Below are positions 59,234-64,000 of a DNA stretch of 64,000 bases, piece after piece. The notes beneath the pieces are model-generated. The model was not told where the DNA came from and did no database searches. It saw nothing but the letters and a program-made list of their open reading frames with translations. Source of the DNA: Phaeosaccion multiseriatum (lineage: Eukaryota; Protista; Ochrophyta, other classes); assembly GCA_965112735.1 (NCBI GenBank), contig OZ218950.1, forward strand, positions 1,984,001-2,048,000. The letters are read 5' to 3'. Within the stretch, counting starts at the first letter, position 1. Each line of letters begins with the position of its first letter. The position numbers and the translations under genes were made by a program.

Positions 59234-61273
59234 TCAGTCCGCCTCCGCGTTTCGCCGGTAGTGCAGCAGAAGGTCAGCGCCGCCCGCGTTCTGCCAGCAA
59301 GTCCTCAGCACGTATTGGAGAGTGTGCTCTTTGCCCAACAGCTCGTTCCTGGCCATTCAACCGAGTCGAGGCCACATGGGTGTCGAGGGAGGGAGGGAGG
59401 GAGCGAGCGAGCAAAGGGGGGGGACGGAGGAGGAGGACGGAGAGAAGGGGTGGGAAGCGGAAGCGTGGGTGCTGCTGGTGAGCAAAGGGACCTCTGAGGC
59501 TACGGACGATGTTTTGCTCGGCAGGGATAGTACGAGAGAAAGGATACGGACCATACCAGCCAGTCAGTCCGTCAGCCAGTCAGTCAGCGAGTCAGTAAGT
59601 AAGTTCTTCAGTCAGTTACAGGTACTTGGCAAGGAGACACATGGGAGGCAGTGAATCAAGGAGGGGGGACTCGAGGGAGGCTTCGTGCAGTGACAGTGAA
59701 GACGGTTTCAGAGACGTCACAAGTGCATATGAATACATCGCCGCGAGAGGAGGGTGGAGAGGAAGCTATTCCAAGTGCTTCGCTGTAGAAGGATGTGGGT
59801 GGGACGTGAAAAGGGGGGTCTGACCTTCTCTTGTATTACCACCCACCCCGGCCCACCAAGAGCCGACCGTCTGCAATACACCAAGAACGCACCTACAGAG
59901 AAGCTCAATGTCATCGGGGCTGTTGAGGCCGAGCTTGTCCATCAGATACTTCCGCAAACGACTCATCTGTGCGGCAGAAAGCGCAGAGAGGTATTGGAGG
60001 AGGAGGAGGAGGAGGAGGAGGAGGAGGAGAAGGAGGAGGAGGAGGAGGAGGAGGAGGAGGAGGAGAAGGAGGTGGTGGAGGAGGAGGAGGAGGAGGAGGA
60101 GGAGGAGGAGGAGGAGAAGGAGCAGGAGGAGGAGATGGAGGAGGAGGAGGAGGAGGAGGAGGAGGAGGAGGAGGAGGAGGAGGAGGAGAGGAGACGGGTC
60201 AAGAGGGGTCACATCGGATTCTCCGGCAACAGGCAGTACAGCTGGACAGAGGTAGGGCGGTAGCAACAAGACAAAAGAGCGAAACATACAAACGCAGTGC
60301 ATCACAAGGAGTCTCAGAGTAGGAGGAGGCAGGCGAAGATCTAAGCAGTGACTTCCACGGCACGGCACAAATAAAAGGCATAAACCGCCGTCTTGAGCCC
60401 CTGCACACCCCCCCCTTTCCTTCCCTCTTTCCCTTCCCTTCCGTCCCTCCCTCCCTCCCTCCCTCCCTCCCTCCCTCTCTCCCCCTCTTACCTTCATAGT
60501 CTGCAGTGTCCTCAGCATGGGCTTGGCCAGGCGAGGAAGGGCCAAGCTGGGGGCGTCTGTGCAGGGGTATGGCTTGAGCAGGAAGGAAATGTGTTGCTTG
60601 TCCGTGCCCGTCTTCTTGGCTTTGGGTTTCGGTTTGGCCGCTGCCTTTGCAGCCCCTCCTCCTGCTCCTGCTGCTGCTGCTCCTGCTGCTGTGGAAGAGG
60701 CTGACGACGCGACAGCAGCAGACGCACCGCTGGCACCCCCCGCCTCCCCTGCGGTGTGCCCAGGGAGTTTGGCCGCCTGTGGGGCGTGGCGGGGGTGGGG
60801 GGTGGGTGGGACATACAAAAAAGAGTGGTTGAGCCACTGTTCTTATCGACACTCGCTACCTTGCTGCTTTGCCATCTATAAAGGACCCATCGACCTCGGT
60901 GCCTCTCCGGCATTGTGCCTCACTTTCTTCGCCTCTCGGGCATTGCGGCTCACTTTCTTTCCCGTCGCTCAAACTAATTCCCTTCACTCTTTTGGTTCGT
61001 CTCACCTCAGCCTCTTCTATCCTCTTTAGAAATTCCCTTTCTGACTGCTTGTCAGCCTCCACCATCTCCGGAAACATCTTTGGGGGGGGCAGGGGGGAGT
61101 TGTACGTATTCGAAACACGGGAAGGAGAAAGAGAAAGGCAAAAGGGTGAGAGCCAGCCTGTTTTCTCAGAGGCCATCCTGAGCGTGATGCTCGCAAGAGG
61201 CGGGAGGGAAGGAGCCAGACCTACAGGACAGCACCAGCCGAACGGCTTTACCTCTACTTCAGCGACAAGAATC

Positions 61274-61322
<49 letters not shown>

Positions 61323-62300
61323 GTAGATGGATAGAAAAGACGAACAGACAGACAGACAGAGAGACGGAGAAACAAACAAACAAACAGACAGACAGATAGA
61401 CAGACAGCAGACAGACAGCAGACAGACAGACAGACAGATAGAAAGACACGGCGAGGCGTGCTTTGCGTTAGAGTGGAAGCTTCCCTCTCCTCTCCTCCCT
61501 CACCTTGTCCACCACCTCCTGCAGCAAGTGATCTTGCAGTATTTGGTCCTTGAGCTGTGCGGGCTTGAGCAACGTTTCGCACGCCGGGCACTTGTTGCTG
61601 CTACCAAAGTGTCTGGGTGGCAGTGGGTAGAAAGTAGTAGTAGTAGTAGTAGAGCAGGAGTGTGAGATGAGGAGGAGGAGGAGGAGGAGGAGGAGGAGGA
61701 GGAGGAGAAGGCGGAGAAGATGGAGAAGCAGAATCCACCCGCAGTCAGGGGGAACAGGAGCGCACAGAGAAGGGAGAGGAGCAGCAGCCACAGCGTAAGA
61801 GAAGGGAAGCGAGGGGAAATTTTCCAGTTGAGTTGGCTAGGACTTCATGCACGAAAATGCACACCAAGACAGGAGAATCGGGCACCGCAAGAAGAGAGTG
61901 GCTCTTCCCCCTTCCTCTCTGCCTCCCTCCCTCCCTCCAGAGCCGATGCCTCAGCAACCCTCACCTCCAAAGGCAAATCTTGCAGAAAGAGTGCACACAT
62001 TCGGTGATGGTGTGCGCGTCTCGAAAGTAGCCGTCGCATATCTTGCATACCAGGTAAGGGTTCATGTCTCGCAGGTATATGTCAATCTTCTGCTTCCCCA
62101 ACGCGTCGGCGGCAGGGGGCTTTGCGGTGGCCCCTGTTGGCTCGCCAGAGAGCTGGGTACAGGGATGAGGGATTAAAAGCAGGGGGGGAAGGCGTGAGTC
62201 CTTCTATTCTTCGCTCCTCACCTTCCTTGTGTGCACCCCTTCCTTTTCCTTTCCGTACCTTCCGCTTCTTGGTGCTGCTTGCCCCGCCATTGTCTTTCAT
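59234..62300 (-). CDS. PCGF: Polycomb group RING finger protein (PCGF/Psc/BMI1 family; RING + RAWUL), about 7 exons
   Basis: MNPYLVCKICDGYFRDAHTITECVHSFCKICL...CPAC...DHLLQEVVDKMFP. RAWUL: ISFLLKP...PMLRT...LRKYLMDKL...IELLCRNELLGKEHTLQYV...LLLHYR. Confidence 0.93.
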
Positions 62301-62559
62301 CGATTCTTCACCCTCCCTCCTTTTCCCTTCCAATGTCCTTCTTCGCTTCCAATTGATTCAATCTGTGCGCACTTTTTCGAGGCTATATACAGCTGCTGCT
62401 GCTTTGTTCGGTTCTGTGCTAACACTATGATGCGAGCGGGTCCTTTTTTTTGCTTTGTTTGGTTGTCTATCTTTTCCCCTCCCCCCCTCTGGTGCCATCT
62501 TCCCTCTCTCTTTTCTTTTTTTTCCTTCTCCAAGACCCTGCTGGTAGCTGCTCCACCAC

Positions 62560-63276
62560 ATGCAAGTGTAAGTGCCTTTATTTGAAGTCTTCGAACCTGT
62601 GTGGTTCGCGAGCTGATGGTCGGGTGTTGACTCTTGCCTTAATTCCCCCTCACTAACCTCGCTGCTCGCTCCCTCTGTGTATCTGCTGCTGATATCTGCT
62701 GCTGCTCCTGCTGCTGCCCTCAGCATCAATCATGATCACCTGGTGACCAACTTCGAGGTGCTGGAGCTTGTGAAAGCTCGCATAGCGGCTCGGAGGGAAC
62801 GAAGCTCGCAAGGGGGGGGAGTGGCGACAGGGGGAGGAGGAGGGGGGGAAGAAGGAAATGGAGGCCCCGGCGCCGCGGGGGGGGAATCATCGGGCCTGGC
62901 GGGCGCAGGACACGGAGGAGGTATAGGGAGTGCGGGCGCGGTGCACGACCGAGGCCTGGCGGGGAGGGACTATGTAGAGCTGCGCCTTTTGAACTTCCTA
63001 GAGGACTCCCCTAGCGCCACCCAAAGCCGAGAGAGCATCATGCGCTGCTGGAATGCGCTGGATGACTTTATAGGCAAAGACGGCAACCACGCCTTCACCA
63101 CAGCCGAGAAGCTGCAGCTCATCAACTACCCTCCGACGGAGCTTGTGGAGGTGCATCTCATGGTGGAGGACTGCCACAAGCGCATGAACGACTCGCAGAC
63201 CGAGCGACTCACAGAGACCATCAAGGAGGCTTTGGCAGGAGCCGACGGTAGCGTTGCAGGAGGGGCACAACCGTGA
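62560..63276 (+). CDS. RPC9: RNA polymerase III subunit RPC9/C17 (Rpb4 family) (exons 62560-62567, 62724-63276)
   Basis: MQVINHDHLVTNFEVLELV and FTTAEKLQLINYPPTELVEVHLMVEDCHKRM; the first coding exon is 8 nt (ATGCAAGT|gtaagt). Confidence 0.88.
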
Positions 63277-64000
63277 AGCAAGCACGCGAAGCGGGGAGCG
63301 GACGGAAGCGGCTGGGAGTGGGCGGGAGCCGACAACACGACACCATTGGGCAGGGCAAGAACGGCCGTGTCTGGGTACGAAGTGTGATTCTCAGTGGCCT
63401 GGCCCCAACCAGGCAGTAAGGACGTTCAAGGACTCATTCAAGGACTCTTAGAGTGTGGTCAAGGAAATGGGCATCGAACTGGGCATCGAAAGGTGTGGGA
63501 CAAGGATGCGAGAAGGATGCTGTGGGCCCCAGCTCGACTTGACTGATCGTCGACTTGCCGATTTACTGGGCGAGTTTCCTCTGTCGCCGGTGAGGAAGGA
63601 AGGAAGGAAGGAAGGAAGGAAGGAAGGAAGGAAGGAAGGAAGGAAGGAAGGCCACAGCCTTATTGAACCTGCCTCGAGCCCCGCAAGAGAGGGAAGGACG
63701 CGCAGGAAAGAGCGAAAGCAGCATCACCACTGGGTTGTGGGGCGTGGGAGAAGAGAGCAGCAAACAGGTGTTGCACCAGGTGTGCCCATGTATCGATATG
63801 CCACGGGCTGGTGCTGTCCTCGCCATACCCTACGCCCAGAGCCACGCCACGCGTTGTTCAGGATGCTGATGCGCTTATGCTCAAAGGTTTCGGGACCTGC
63901 AGGGTTTGTTACTTCATCAGACGATGGGACACTCCAGTGAGCACGTGAGCACTGCTTGCGTTTGTCGCACAGGAGGGTTTCAACCCAGGCCTGCCGACTG

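Noticed and set aside
63300-64000. Possible 3' end of a further minus-strand gene around a (GAAG)n repeat
   Set aside because: Truncated by the window edge, with no identifiable product.

Overview
This is eukaryotic nuclear DNA, moderately GC-rich and intron-rich. It most likely comes from a photosynthetic stramenopile (ochrophyte): the glutathione reductase carries a bipartite signal peptide plus an 'AG|FAVP' plastid presequence. I built about 15 gene models by hand from GT-AG boundaries and reading-frame continuity: glutathione reductase, an atypical Rab-like GTPase, an ankyrin-kinase with a CaaX box, HemK2/N6AMT1, an M14 carboxypeptidase, a spastin-like AAA ATPase, a JMJD8-like/TPR protein, a very large secreted (VWTEPPTHPP)n protein, endonuclease G, an EF-hand/ankyrin/FN3 protein, a secreted Cys-domain protein, an OSCA/TMEM63 channel, a small membrane-anchored protein, a PCGF RING-RAWUL protein and RPC9. 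Five pairs are head-to-head. An accessory island at about 28.5-39.4 kb contains chromodomain-bearing Ty3/Gypsy remnants that bracket the repeat-protein gene and a 108-bp satellite with a fossil coiled-coil reading frame. Other notable signals are a 160-nt near-perfect foldback (pre-miRNA-like), a truncated chimeric paralog of the repeat gene, and a consistent G-rich 5' / C-rich 3' microsatellite polarity in introns. No database searches were run; all family calls rest on motif recognition.
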